Notes: generated from the letters alone by a model not told the origin. Positions 40,923 through 51,275 are shown, numbered from the stretch's first letter. The stretch is 64,000 nucleotides of DNA from Candidatus Binatia bacterium (GCA_963664395.2 OY761159.2:960001-1024000), one strand, 5' to 3'. A program made the numbers and translations.

Positions 40923-42137
40923 ATGCAGCAGTTCCACACCGAGCGGGAGCAGCGCTTCATTGATCTCGCCGCTACCTTAGCCGACGACTTTGCCACCCGT
41001 GCGGCCCAGCATGATGCAGAAGGCTCGTTTCCCCATGAGAACTACGAGCGGCTGAAAGAGACCGGCTACAGCGTACTGACCATACCTGAAGAGTTGGGCG
41101 GGATGGGCGCCAGCCTGTTGGAACGTATGAAGGCGCAGGAACGTCTGGCCCAAGGCTGCGGTCCGACCGCGCTCGCCATCAATATGCATTTCAATGTGAT
41201 GAGTCTCCTCATCAACCTCTGGCAGAGGTCTCGCACGCCCCCTGTCGAAGCCATGTTGCGCCAGATCGTTGCCGAGCGTCTCATTGTCGGCGGCTCGGGT
41301 TCCGAGCCGGACAACGCCGTTTCCATCCTCCGTCCCCGGACCACGGCAGAACGTGTGGACGGCGGGTGGCGGGTGAGCGGACGCAAGATTTTCAGCACCC
41401 AGTCCATCGCCCTTGATCGTTATTTTGCAGAAGCAACCTGGAAAGAAGGCATCCACGCCGGGCAGCAGACCGGTACGATTATTTCCTTCCTGATTCCCCG
41501 CGACACTCCGGGTTTCATTATTAAAGACGACTGGCATACCATGGGCATGCGTTCAACCGAGTCGAGAAGCACCGAACTCAAAGACGCTTTTGTTCCAGAA
41601 TCCGCCGTCTTCTTGCAACGTCCGGTTTTCGCCCGAGGGGGGATAACCAATCTGTTCCCACGCGCGCCGTTTACCATAGGGAGCGTGTATATCGGCATTG
41701 CAACCGCGGCCCGCAATTTTGTGGTGGAGTTTATGCGGGACCGGCCGCGCTTCCCGCTCACCAAACCGATGAGCCATCTGCCGAGTGTCTACAATAAAGT
41801 CGGCGAGATGGACGCCCTGCTTGAAACGGCCCGCGCCGTTGTGTGGAAAGCCGCTGCCGAGGCTGACCAGGAAACCCCACGCACCTGGCTTCGCAAAAGT
41901 GTGGCCGCCAGGATGGTCGCTATGGAGAATTCCGCTCGCGTGGTTGACCTCGCCATGCGGGCCGTGGGAGGAGCCTCATACTTTAAGCGCTTTCCCTTGG
42001 AACGCTATTATCGCGATGTGCGGGCTGGTCTGTTCCATCCTTTTGACAGCGATGAAACCTTGGAACTCCTCGGTAAGACGGCCTTCGGTATAGCCATGTA
42101 CGATGAAGAGACGATTCGCGCCCTCAAGGAATTGTGA
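40923..42137 (+). CDS. Acyl-CoA dehydrogenase family protein
   Basis: RAAQHDAEGSFP...TALAINMH...GMRSTES...LERYYRDVRAGLFHP. Confidence 0.9.
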   Translation: MQQFHTEREQRFIDLAATLADDFATRAAQHDAEGSFPHENYERLKETGYSVLTIPEELGGMGASLLERMKAQERLAQGCGPTALAINMHFNVMSLLINLWQRSRTPPVEAMLRQIVAERLIVGGSGSEPDNAVSILRPRTTAERVDGGWRVSGRKIFSTQSIALDRYFAEATWKEGIHAGQQTGTIISFLIPRDTPGFIIKDDWHTMGMRSTESRSTELKDAFVPESAVFLQRPVFARGGITNLFPRAPFTIGSVYIGIATAARNFVVEFMRDRPRFPLTKPMSHLPSVYNKVGEMDALLETARAVVWKAAAEADQETPRTWLRKSVAARMVAMENSARVVDLAMRAVGGASYFKRFPLERYYRDVRAGLFHPFDSDETLELLGKTAFGIAMYDEETIRALKEL

Positions 42138-42151
42138 GAAAGGAACCCCTC

Positions 42152-42997
42152 ATGTCACATCCAGTTCGCTTTGGCATACAGATCCCACAGCAGAACGGGG
42201 ACTGGAACGATATGCTCAGGCTGTGGCAAGAGGCCGACAGTCTGGGGTTTGATACGGCGTGGGTCTTCGATCATTTTCTACCTATTTTTTCCGACCCAAC
42301 CGGCCCCTGCCTGGAAGGCTGGACTGCCTTATCAGCTTTGGCTATGGCGACAAAAAATGTTCGCCTGGGCGTCATGGTTACGGGTAATACCTACCGCCAC
42401 CCGGCCGTCCTGGCCAAGATGGCCACAACGGTGGATATCATCAGCCACGGACGGCTGATTTTCGGCATTGGCAGCGGCTGGTTTGCGTTGGAGCATGAGG
42501 CGTACGACATTCCCTTTCCCACAACAGGGGAACGGCTGATCAGTCTGGACGAATCCATCACCCTGATTAAGCAACTCTGGACCCAGCAGCGGGCAAACTT
42601 TACCGGACGCCATCACCATCTGCACGATGCGCCCTTTGAGCCCAAACCGCTCCAGCAGCCACACCCGCCGATTCTGGTTGGGGCCGGCGGAGAGAAGGTG
42701 GCTTTGGGCATTGTGGCGCGCCACGCAGACATGTGGAACACCTTCGGCACACCGGAGACCTTCCGGCATAAGATCAAGGTATTGGCCGACCACTGCGCCC
42801 ATATCGGCCGTGACCCGGACGAGATTGAGAAGTCCGTCCTCATCTCGACGACCTTCTCCTCCGATCACAATATGCGCAAGCTGATTGAAGGCTATCTTGC
42901 CGTGGGCGTGACCCATATTATCTTTTCCGTTTCCCCCTCAACCGAGCCACAGCTCTTGCGGCGTTTTGCCCGGAACATCATGGCGACATTCCGCTAA
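42152..42997 (+). CDS. LLM class F420-dependent oxidoreductase
   Basis: GFDTAWVFDHFLP...LEGWTAL...VTGNTYRHPAVLAKMATTVDIISHGRLIFGIGSGW. Confidence 0.9.
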   Translation: MSHPVRFGIQIPQQNGDWNDMLRLWQEADSLGFDTAWVFDHFLPIFSDPTGPCLEGWTALSALAMATKNVRLGVMVTGNTYRHPAVLAKMATTVDIISHGRLIFGIGSGWFALEHEAYDIPFPTTGERLISLDESITLIKQLWTQQRANFTGRHHHLHDAPFEPKPLQQPHPPILVGAGGEKVALGIVARHADMWNTFGTPETFRHKIKVLADHCAHIGRDPDEIEKSVLISTTFSSDHNMRKLIEGYLAVGVTHIIFSVSPSTEPQLLRRFARNIMATFR

Positions 42998-43041
42998 ATA
43001 GCCACACTACTTTTCAGACTGCACAGGAAAGGAGACAGTCC

Positions 43042-43323
43042 ATGCTCTATGTGGTGACAACCAAAATTCTTCGGTCCCAGATTCCCGAAGATCAGGCCGC
43101 CGAACTGATCCAAAAAGAAATGGCCCATGCGCGCCAATTTATTGAACAAAAGAAAATCCTGGCGGCCTATCGCCGGCTCGGCGGTGGCGGCTCGTTCTTC
43201 ATTGTCGATGCGGACTCGAACGAAGAGGTCCACCGGATTTTCTCCGGTCTGCCTCTGGCGCGTTATCTGGAGTTTGAGGTCACGCCGGTCCTGTTGCACC
43301 CCCTCTTTGGCGGGCCGGCATAA
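43042..43323 (+). CDS. Muconolactone delta-isomerase family protein
   Basis: DADSNEEVHRIFSGLPLARYLEFEVTPVLLHP C-terminal pattern; 93 aa. Confidence 0.75.
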   Translation: MLYVVTTKILRSQIPEDQAAELIQKEMAHARQFIEQKKILAAYRRLGGGGSFFIVDADSNEEVHRIFSGLPLARYLEFEVTPVLLHPLFGGPA

Positions 43324-43338
43324 AAGAAGGAGAGACAG

Positions 43339-44106
43339 ATGAACATCAACGAAGCTGTTGAGACCCTGTGGCAAACCATCCAGAGCGGGCAGTATCCGCC
43401 GCCAGGGTTGGAAAAAGCTCTGACTTTTGCGGATGCCTACAAAATTCAACTGGCGATTCTTGAACGACACATGACAGCGGGCGAACAGCTCGCCGGCTGG
43501 AAGGTCGGCCTTTCGTCCGATGCGACCCGTCAGATGTTTGGTCTTGATGCCCCTATCAGTGCCTATCTGCTTACCAGCCGTCGGTTCCAAAGCGGGGGCA
43601 GCTTCAACTGTGCCGACTTTCGCAAGCCTATCATTGAATCCGAGCTATGCATCATGATGGGGCAAAGGTTGAGGGGTCCCGGCGTCACCCGTGAGCAGGC
43701 TTTGGCCGCCGTGGCTGGTGCCGCTCCTGCATTGGAGTTGGTAGACATGCGGCTCAATATTGGTGCAGACCTCCCACTCGGCGTGGCCGATGGAGTGGCG
43801 CAGTGGGGATTTGTGACGGGTCCTGAGGTCACGCCCTACCCGGCTGCCTTGGACCTCGGAGCTATGACAGCAGAGACCAAGAGAAACGGTGAGGTTGTGG
43901 CAAGCGTGCAGGGCAAGGAGGCGATTGACGATCAAATTCAGACGATTGCCTGGCTGGCGAATCACCTTGCTCAGTTTGATCTGGCTTTAGAAGTGGGCCA
44001 GTGCATTATGACCGGCTCAATGACCAAGCCGACGCCCATTGAAAAAGGCGATACTTGGGAAACCACCTTTTCCTCGTTTGGAACCGTGTCGGCGACATTT
44101 TCATGA
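43339..44106 (+). CDS. 2-keto-4-pentenoate hydratase / FAH family
   Basis: AYKIQ...GWKVGLSS...IESELC...ALELVD...AWLANHL...MTGS. Confidence 0.88.
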   Translation: MNINEAVETLWQTIQSGQYPPPGLEKALTFADAYKIQLAILERHMTAGEQLAGWKVGLSSDATRQMFGLDAPISAYLLTSRRFQSGGSFNCADFRKPIIESELCIMMGQRLRGPGVTREQALAAVAGAAPALELVDMRLNIGADLPLGVADGVAQWGFVTGPEVTPYPAALDLGAMTAETKRNGEVVASVQGKEAIDDQIQTIAWLANHLAQFDLALEVGQCIMTGSMTKPTPIEKGDTWETTFSSFGTVSATFS

Positions 44107-44161
44107 AGCGGAAGAGGATGTGGAACGTCTTGTGTTTCCTGAATAGTGCCTCCCTGAAAAT

Positions 44162-46060
44162 ATGAAGCGCAAACTCGCCGCCCTCCTGAGCGCGGATGTC
44201 CAGGGCTATAGTCGTCTCATGGGCGAGGATGAAGTCGCCACGATTCGGACGCTCACCGAATATCGGGAGCTGATGTCTCGGATGATTCGGAAACATGCGG
44301 GCCGGGTGGTCGATTCTCCCGGCGATAATCTCCTGGCTGAGTTTTCGAGTGTGGTTGATGCGGTGCAATGTGCGGTTGAGGTTCAGACGGAGCTTGCCCT
44401 GCGGAACGCTGAGCTGGCTGAAGACCGACAGATGCACTATCGCATTGGTATCAACGTCGGCGACGTGGTTGTTGAAGATGAGTGTATTTACGGAGAGGGC
44501 GTCAGCATCGCAGCCCGCTTGGAAAGCCTGGCCGAGGCTGGTGGCATCTGCATCTCAGGCGCTGTGCATGAGCAGATAGAAAACAAGCTCGCCCTGGCAT
44601 TTGCGTATCAAGGCGAGCAGCGGGTGAAGAATACTGCCAAGCCCATTCAGGTCTATCAGGTGCGTTGGGAGGCGGCAGACCTCGCACCAACTACAATCGA
44701 CAACAATCTCCTCCCTCTGAGACCGGACCCCCCAGGGCCAACGGGCCGTGGCTCGCTTATCATCCTCGGCCTTGTCGTCCTCGTGATCCTCGGTCTGGGT
44801 GCCTTCGCCCTCAAAGGCTGGTATCCGCTCTTATCATCGCCGGCCTTCTGGAATCCGCCCAGCCTGCCGCTTCCTGACAAACCATCTATCGCGGTGCTGC
44901 CCTTTACGAATATGAGCGGCGACCCGGAGCAAGAGTATTTCAGCGACGGCATCACCGAAGACATTATTACCGATCTCTCAAAAATCTCGGGCCTGTTTGT
45001 CATTGCCCGTAATTCTTCGTTTACCTACAGGGGCCGAGCGGTGGATGTTGAGCAGGTGGGTCTCGACTTGGGCGTCCGCTATGTTTTGGAAGGGAGCGTG
45101 CGCCGGACCAACGACCGGGTTCGTATCAGTGCTCAGTTATTGGACGCAACAACCGGCGACCATGTGTGGGCGGATCGCTATGACGGCGAAATGCAGGATA
45201 TCTTTGCCCTCCAGGATCAGGTCACACAGCAAATTGTCCACGCCCTCCAAATCACCCTGACAGCGGATGAGCAGACTCGCTTAATACGAAAATCTACCGA
45301 GAATCTCGAAGCCTACGATTTCGCATTGCGGGGGGAAAGCTATCTGTGGCGGACAACCAAAGAGTCGGTTGTCCAAGCCCGGCACCTGTTTGAGCAGGCA
45401 ATCGCATTGGACGCGGGGTATGCCGCAGCCTATGCCTGGCTGGGCTGGGCAGAATTCTTCGGCGTTGTGATGCAGTGGGAGCAAGACCCCCAGGCCTCAC
45501 AGCGAGCGCGTGAGTTGGTGCAGCGGGCCGTAGCCCTGGACGATTCTTTGCCTGTCGCGCATAGGTTATTGGGCTATATCTATCTGTTCGAGAAACAGCA
45601 TGAGCGGGCGATTAGCGAGCTTGAGCAAGCGGTGGCTCTCGACCCAAACGATGCGGACAATTACGCCTGGTTCGGGAACGCGCTCAATTTCGTTGGGAGA
45701 CCACAGGAGGCCCTTCGATTCATACAGAGAGCCATCCGCCTCAACCCGCGTTATCCTTTTCTTTACCTTTTTTTCCTGGGGCATACCTACCGCACGCTCG
45801 GCTGGCCTGAAGAGGCAATAGCCGTACTAAAGAGAATGCTCGCGCATAACCCGGATTTTCTGCCGGCCTATTATAATCTGATTCCGGCCTATGCCGAGTT
45901 GGGACGTATTGAAGAAGCACGTACTGTGGCAACGGAGATTGTACGCCTCAGCCCCAACTTCTCGGTCGCAACCATGAACCAGGTGCTTCCGTACAAAGAC
46001 ACCGCCAGCCTCGATCGTATTCTGGCCGCCTTTCGGGCAGCGGGCTTAGAGGAAGAATGA
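44162..46060 (+). CDS. Class III adenylate/guanylate cyclase with TM helix, TolB-like region and TPRs
   Basis: RKLAALLSADVQGYSRLM...GDNLLAEF...RIGINVGDV...AARLE; KPSIAVLPFTNMSGDPEQEYFSDG; C-terminal TPRs. Confidence 0.92.
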   Translation: MKRKLAALLSADVQGYSRLMGEDEVATIRTLTEYRELMSRMIRKHAGRVVDSPGDNLLAEFSSVVDAVQCAVEVQTELALRNAELAEDRQMHYRIGINVGDVVVEDECIYGEGVSIAARLESLAEAGGICISGAVHEQIENKLALAFAYQGEQRVKNTAKPIQVYQVRWEAADLAPTTIDNNLLPLRPDPPGPTGRGSLIILGLVVLVILGLGAFALKGWYPLLSSPAFWNPPSLPLPDKPSIAVLPFTNMSGDPEQEYFSDGITEDIITDLSKISGLFVIARNSSFTYRGRAVDVEQVGLDLGVRYVLEGSVRRTNDRVRISAQLLDATTGDHVWADRYDGEMQDIFALQDQVTQQIVHALQITLTADEQTRLIRKSTENLEAYDFALRGESYLWRTTKESVVQARHLFEQAIALDAGYAAAYAWLGWAEFFGVVMQWEQDPQASQRARELVQRAVALDDSLPVAHRLLGYIYLFEKQHERAISELEQAVALDPNDADNYAWFGNALNFVGRPQEALRFIQRAIRLNPRYPFLYLFFLGHTYRTLGWPEEAIAVLKRMLAHNPDFLPAYYNLIPAYAELGRIEEARTVATEIVRLSPNFSVATMNQVLPYKDTASLDRILAAFRAAGLEEE

Positions 46061-46072
46061 GATCAGATTCTC

Positions 46073-47026
46073 CTAGGCCGGCAGCCCCGCTGTCTCGGGC
46101 AGCCCTAACATTAAATTCAAATTCTGAATGGCTACGCCGCAGGCACCTTTCCCCAGATTATCAAGAATGGCTATCAGCAAGACATGGCCGGCGGGATGAG
46201 ACGCCACGTAGATCTCAAGTCGATTGGTATCGTTACAGGCCTGCGGGTCGAAGCTGTGTTCGTTGACTTCCAGTGACTTCTCGTTGGGCAGAACCTTCAC
46301 AAACGGCTCATGCTGATAGCGCTCATAGAGGACTTCCCAGACCGTGTCGCCCGCTCCATGTTGTAGCAGACTGGTATGAATCGGCACCTGGACCCGCATC
46401 CCGTACCGGAACGGACCGACCGCCGGCACGAGGTGGGGTGCAGAGTCGAGCAGGCTGTACTTTGTCATTTCCGGAACGTGCTTATGCACCCGCTCCAGGG
46501 CATACGGCGCTTCGTACACCAACGAGCCCAAGCCCAGTTCGGTGTCCTCCCATTTTTCAATCAGCGGCCGTCCGCCGCCCGAATAGCCGGACAGCGCATG
46601 AATTGAAATCGGCGTGTTCTTCTCAATCAAGCCGGCATCAAGCAACGGCCGGACTAACAGCAGAAAAGCCGAGGAATAGCAGCCAGGGTTGGCAACATAC
46701 TGTGCGTGTCGAATGGCATCTCGTTGGTGTGGCTGGAGTTCTGGCAGACCATACACCCAGCCGGCCTCGACGCGGTGCACCGAACTCGCGTCAATCAGCC
46801 GTGTGTTCGTGTGCGCTGCCCAGCCCGCAGCCTCTCGTGAAGCATCATCGGGCAGACATAGAATAGCCACGTCAGCTTCAGCCAACAACGCCCGACGCGC
46901 GGCCTCACTCTTGCGCTGTGCGTCGGGCAACGTCAATAATTCTACGTCGTGTCGTCCTGCCATCCATTCCCGGATGCGCAGTCCGGTCGTGCCAACATGA
47001 CCGTCAATGTAGACCTTCGGGGGCAT
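46073..47026 (-). CDS. argC: N-acetyl-gamma-glutamyl-phosphate reductase (type 2)
   Basis: KVYIDGHVGTTGLRI...ILCLPDDASR...VANPGCY...SGYSGGG...LDNLGKGA. Confidence 0.93.
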   Translation of the reverse strand: MPPKVYIDGHVGTTGLRIREWMAGRHDVELLTLPDAQRKSEAARRALLAEADVAILCLPDDASREAAGWAAHTNTRLIDASSVHRVEAGWVYGLPELQPHQRDAIRHAQYVANPGCYSSAFLLLVRPLLDAGLIEKNTPISIHALSGYSGGGRPLIEKWEDTELGLGSLVYEAPYALERVHKHVPEMTKYSLLDSAPHLVPAVGPFRYGMRVQVPIHTSLLQHGAGDTVWEVLYERYQHEPFVKVLPNEKSLEVNEHSFDPQACNDTNRLEIYVASHPAGHVLLIAILDNLGKGACGVAIQNLNLMLGLPETAGLPA

Positions 47027-47291
47027 GCTCCTCACCTTCTTTATCCTGCTTCAGCTTCAGTCTGCTTCAGCCTGCATCAGCTTGGCTGAATGTTTTATCA
47101 TACTGAGTGATCTCCCGCTAACGAGGATCACTCCCGGCATCGACAAAATCAAGAGGATCAAAAAAACTGAACGCTCACTCAACATGTCTTGCCCTATGTC
47201 TTGACAGACCGCTTCAGAGTATGCGACAGGTTAGGCGTGAGTGCATACAGTGGCGTAGAGAAGCAATTTTTTGTTTGAAAAGGAGGGTAGT

Positions 47292-48401
47292 ATGGCAAAG
47301 TTACGCGTGATCTCGGCAGACTCGCACATGATGGAGCCGGCCGATCTGTGGCAGCAACGTCTGGACAACAAATTCCGTGACCAAGCGCCGAAAGTAGTCG
47401 AAAACCCAAAGAATCCGGGCTTTATCTTTGTGGCGGATGGCATTGACCCCTTTCCCGTCGCCGGTGGGTTCGGGGCCGGACGGTCCGGAGAAGAACTGAA
47501 AGACCATATGAGCAAAGGCTACGAAGCCGCCCGTCCGAGCGGCTGGGACCCGGTCGAACGCATCAAAGACCAGGAGATCGACGGGGTAGAAGCCGAGGTG
47601 CTCTACACCACACTCGGTATGCCGCTCTTCGGGCTACCCAATGCCGACCTGCAACGGGCCTGCTTCCGCTCCTATAACGACTGGGTCGCCGAGTTCTGTT
47701 CGCATAGTCCCAAACGCTTGTATGGCATCAGCCTGATCTCCCTCGAAGATATTGATGCGGGCGTCAAAGAATTGGAGCGGACGCAGAAGCAGGGTCTGCG
47801 CGGTGCCATGATTTGGGGCTCGCCGCCGGAGGACAAGCCGTATAGCAGCCACGAGTATGATCCCTTTTGGCAGGCAGCCGCGGAACTCCACATGCCGCTC
47901 TCACTCCACGTGATTACCGGCAAGAGTAAAGAGAGCAAGATCGATTTTTCGCAGATCAGCCTGTTCTATATGAACGTGATCCACGAGGTGCAACGTTCCC
48001 TGTCCACCATCGTTTTTGGTGGTGTGTTGGAGCGTTTTCCCGAACTGAAAATTGTGTCCGCAGAAAATGACACGGGCTGGTTTCCGCACTTCATGTATCG
48101 TATGGACCATGCCTACGATAAATTCCACGCTATGGAAAAAGAGCCCCTGCCGATGAAGCCGAGCGAATATGTCCGGCGGCAGGTCTGGGCGACCTTCCAG
48201 GACGACCCGGTCGGTCCGGCGACCTATAAGATCTTTGGCGAAGACAATTACATGTGGGCGTCCGACTTCCCGCATACCGACTCCACCTGGCCGGAATCCC
48301 GCCAGTGGATCAAGAAGGACTTCAACGGCGTGCCGGAGGAGGTCACCCGTAAGATCGTGTTTGAGAATGCGATCAAGGCGTACCGGATGGATGTGGACTA
48401 G
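47292..48401 (+). CDS. Amidohydrolase family protein (Amidohydro_2)
   Basis: VISADSHMMEP...ERFPELKIVSAENDTGW...WASDFPHTDSTWP. Confidence 0.9.
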   Translation: MAKLRVISADSHMMEPADLWQQRLDNKFRDQAPKVVENPKNPGFIFVADGIDPFPVAGGFGAGRSGEELKDHMSKGYEAARPSGWDPVERIKDQEIDGVEAEVLYTTLGMPLFGLPNADLQRACFRSYNDWVAEFCSHSPKRLYGISLISLEDIDAGVKELERTQKQGLRGAMIWGSPPEDKPYSSHEYDPFWQAAAELHMPLSLHVITGKSKESKIDFSQISLFYMNVIHEVQRSLSTIVFGGVLERFPELKIVSAENDTGWFPHFMYRMDHAYDKFHAMEKEPLPMKPSEYVRRQVWATFQDDPVGPATYKIFGEDNYMWASDFPHTDSTWPESRQWIKKDFNGVPEEVTRKIVFENAIKAYRMDVD

Positions 48402-48428
48402 TCGGCGTCGCTGATTCGTGCGAAGCGG

Positions 48429-48464
48429 AAAGGGTCAGGGAATCTTCCTTGGCCCTTTTGTTTG
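48429..48464 (+). terminator. Intrinsic terminator
   Basis: aaagggtcaggga-atct-tccttggcccttt followed by tgtttg, after the stop at 48401. Confidence 0.65.
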
Positions 48465-48496
48465 TCTTCATCCTGAACCGGTAGGAGGAGAGTCTG

Positions 48497-48807
48497 ATGT
48501 CTATTTCAAGAAGCTGGCTGTACGGCACATTCAAGCAGATGATGGGATCCGGGAGCGGCTCTACGAGTTTGAGACTGTACGGGTGACGCTGGAGGTCAAG
48601 ACCCCGCTTAAGGCAGCAGATGAATCTCCACTGATTATCGAAACGCTCGCCTCACAAGAACAGTGTGGTGTACCGTTTCGGGCCGGAGAAGAATACTTCG
48701 TGTATGCCTACCGCAGTCCGGAGGGCGATTTGAAGACTGATATGTGCACGCGGACGGTCACTGTCGCCCAAGCGGCTAAAGATGTTGCAGACCTAGTCAA
48801 GCAATAA
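48497..48807 (+). pseudogene. TIMP/NTR-like domain protein, probable deletion remnant
   Basis: AGGAGGAG RBS + ATG 48497 (MSISRSWLYG...) is out of frame with the domain part VTLEV...QCGVPFRAGEEYFVYAY...MCTRT. The ORF-track start (48418) overlaps a terminator. Confidence 0.55.
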
Positions 48808-48893
48808 GAAGCTGTTGGCACATCCCTTCCGCTTGGAATAACGGCGCTGTCAGAGAATGCAGACTGCATAGTTTCCGTCCCGGCGTGTGCGCT

Positions 48894-49709
48894 TCAGGCA
48901 GCCTCTCCGCCTTTCAAGAAAACGGTAATTTCCTCAAATGCGCGGGGGTCCTGCATAAAGAACAAATGGCCGCCTTCAAAGAGTGCCATTTGGGCAGTCG
49001 GAATCTGTCGGAGCAGCGCTTCCTGATTCTCGACCGGGGCGACTCCGTCATACCGTCCGCCACAGATCAACACCGGCATAGTGAGCTGAGGCAAGCGGCT
49101 ATAGGTAGCGTGTCCTTGGCGGGCTTCGATCTGGCGGCGCGCCCCAACGACCTTGCCGGGTTCGTCAGCGCCTACTGTTCGAATAGCCAGCATCTCGTCG
49201 GTTAAGGTCCGGAACTCCCGGACGTTGGCTGCTTGCCAGGCCGTGTCACGTCGCAGATCACTCAGCTCAACCACCCGCCGAGCCCAGTCTTGCGCGGAGA
49301 GATGAGACAGTTCGTGCAGGGGATACGAGGCGCCGCCCTCCCCGCCGCTGCTTGTACAGCCGAGCACTAACCGCGCAACGCGGTTCGGATAGCGCAGGGC
49401 AAATTCCTGCGCGACCATGCCGCCGAAAGAGATCCCCATGACCAGGCAACGCTCCCACCCGACCGCGTGGAGCAGCCCGTCCGCATCAGCCGCATAGTCC
49501 GCCATGGTGTAGGCAACGTCAGGTTTGTCCGTTTGGCCCAGGCCACGTTGGTCATAGGCGAGCACTTCAAAATGCTCGGTGAGAGGCGAATCAAACGCAT
49601 TCGGCGAGCGCCGCAGATCCCCACCCGTTCCGCTTATGTACAGGAGGCGCGGGCCAGCCCCGCGCAGTTCGTAATACATCTGAATGTCGCGGACAGCAGC
49701 AAATGGCAT
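48894..49709 (-). CDS. Alpha/beta hydrolase
   Basis: AYDQRGLGQTD...GISFGGMVAQE...GGHLF. Confidence 0.9.
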   Translation of the reverse strand: MPFAAVRDIQMYYELRGAGPRLLYISGTGGDLRRSPNAFDSPLTEHFEVLAYDQRGLGQTDKPDVAYTMADYAADADGLLHAVGWERCLVMGISFGGMVAQEFALRYPNRVARLVLGCTSSGGEGGASYPLHELSHLSAQDWARRVVELSDLRRDTAWQAANVREFRTLTDEMLAIRTVGADEPGKVVGARRQIEARQGHATYSRLPQLTMPVLICGGRYDGVAPVENQEALLRQIPTAQMALFEGGHLFFMQDPRAFEEITVFLKGGEAA

Positions 49710-49911
49710 AGTGGTCCTCTTCTACACGCCCAGGGGAGCTACTATTTTCCATGAATCCGTTTATGGCACCCCCCGCACATTGCGGTCAGGTCACGGAGTC
49801 GCTCCCTGCCGTCGTGCCTATAAGTTTCATGCTGTACCTGAGGCATTGGCACCGTTCGCCTGTCATGACACCCTGCACGGGCAAAGTCAAGGAACATGTC
49901 GGCGCAGCGCG

Positions 49912-49940
49912 TTGACGCTCACTAGGGGGAGCGATAGGCT
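49912..49940 (+). promoter_or_regulatory. Putative sigma70 promoter of the SfnB pair
   Basis: TTGACG-17 nt-TAGGCT, 54 nt before ATG 49995. Confidence 0.5.
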
Positions 49941-49994
49941 ACGAAGCTCTCACAGCACCGGCTTTAAGAGCTATGCAAAGGAGTTGGAGCGGCT

Positions 49995-51275
49995 ATGAGC
50001 ACAGAAAATATTGGAGCGCAAACAGACCATCCAGTAGCGAATGGAGCATCTCGGACCGAGAACCTGGAGGCCTCAGGTCCGCCGCGTCCAACCATACCCG
50101 CCCATATTATTCAGAACGATCAAGAAGCTATTGAAGTCGCGCACCGTTTAGCCAAAAGCTTTGCGCAAGAAGCGGCTGTTCGTGACCGAGAACGTCGCTT
50201 ACCGCTCGCCGAGTTGGACGAATTTTCGCACAGCGGCCTGTGGGGCATGACCGTGCCCAAAGCCTATGGCGGCGCTGAGGTTTCCTATGTCACGGTGGGC
50301 GAGGTGATTAAAATTATCTCCGCGGCCGACCCGTCGCTCGGGCAAATTCCCCAAAACCATATTGCCGTGCTGGATATGATTCGTCTGTGTGCCAGCGAGG
50401 AGCAAAAGAATTTTTTCTTTAGCGAGGCCCTGAAAGGCGTGCGCCTCGGCAATGCGTTTGCCGAGAGAGGCAGTAAAACCGCCGGTCATTTTGACACGCA
50501 GATACGTCCCCACGGGGACGGCTATGTCGTAAACGGCCAGAAGTTTTATTGCAGCGGCGCGCTGCTCGCGCACCTGGTGCCGGTCGTAGCGACCGATGAG
50601 CGCGGCAAAGCGCAGCTTGCCTTTGTGGAGCGCGTCGCGCCGGGGATGCGCATTATCGATGACTGGTCGAGTTTCGGCCAACGTACCACGGCCAGCGGGA
50701 CGGTTCTGCTGGAGGACGCATTTGTGCCGGCTAGCCATGTGATCCCAGCGCATGAGGCGTACGACAGACCAACCGCGAACGGGGGAGTCTTACAGATTAT
50801 TCATGCCGGAATCGATCTCGGTATTGCCCAAGCTGCCATTGACGAAACCATCCACTTTGTCCGCAGCTATACCCGTCCGTGGATCGATAGCGGTCAGGAG
50901 CACGGCTATGAGGACATGTACTCCATTGCCCAAATAGGAGACCTGAAAATGCGCTTGCACGCGGCAGAGGCTATCCTGGACCGGGCTGGCCGCACGGTCG
51001 ATGCGGCAATGGCCAATCCGAATGAAGACACTGTGGCCGCGGCCTCAATTTCCGTAGCAGAAGCAAAAGTTCTGACCACGGAAATTGCTATTCAGGCGAC
51101 CAATAAATTGTTTGAACTCGCCGGCACTCGCTCAACATTAGAGGAGTACAACCTGGACCGTCACTGGCGGAATGCCCGTACCCATACGCTGCACGATCCC
51201 GTCCGGTGGAAGTTTCAGGCAATCGGCAATTACTATCTGAATAATATCAAGCCGCCACGCCACGCCTGGATATAA
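49995..51275 (+). CDS. sfnB: SfnB family sulfur-acquisition oxidoreductase (DszC/acyl-CoA dehydrogenase fold)
   Basis: AADPSLGQIPQNH...DDWSSFGQRTTASGT...LDRHWRNARTHTLHDPVRWK. Confidence 0.88.
   Translation: MSTENIGAQTDHPVANGASRTENLEASGPPRPTIPAHIIQNDQEAIEVAHRLAKSFAQEAAVRDRERRLPLAELDEFSHSGLWGMTVPKAYGGAEVSYVTVGEVIKIISAADPSLGQIPQNHIAVLDMIRLCASEEQKNFFFSEALKGVRLGNAFAERGSKTAGHFDTQIRPHGDGYVVNGQKFYCSGALLAHLVPVVATDERGKAQLAFVERVAPGMRIIDDWSSFGQRTTASGTVLLEDAFVPASHVIPAHEAYDRPTANGGVLQIIHAGIDLGIAQAAIDETIHFVRSYTRPWIDSGQEHGYEDMYSIAQIGDLKMRLHAAEAILDRAGRTVDAAMANPNEDTVAAASISVAEAKVLTTEIAIQATNKLFELAGTRSTLEEYNLDRHWRNARTHTLHDPVRWKFQAIGNYYLNNIKPPRHAWI

Noticed and set aside
47036-47290. ncRNA or leader peptide between argC and the amidohydrolase (gcttcag repeats, gagtgatc...gatcactc hairpin)
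   Set aside because: No recognisable RNA family or Arg-rich leader; cannot be supported without a covariance search.
48418-48496. ORF-track N-terminus of the 129-aa protein
   Set aside because: It overlaps an intrinsic terminator and lacks an RBS; the strong RBS points to ATG 48497 in another frame.
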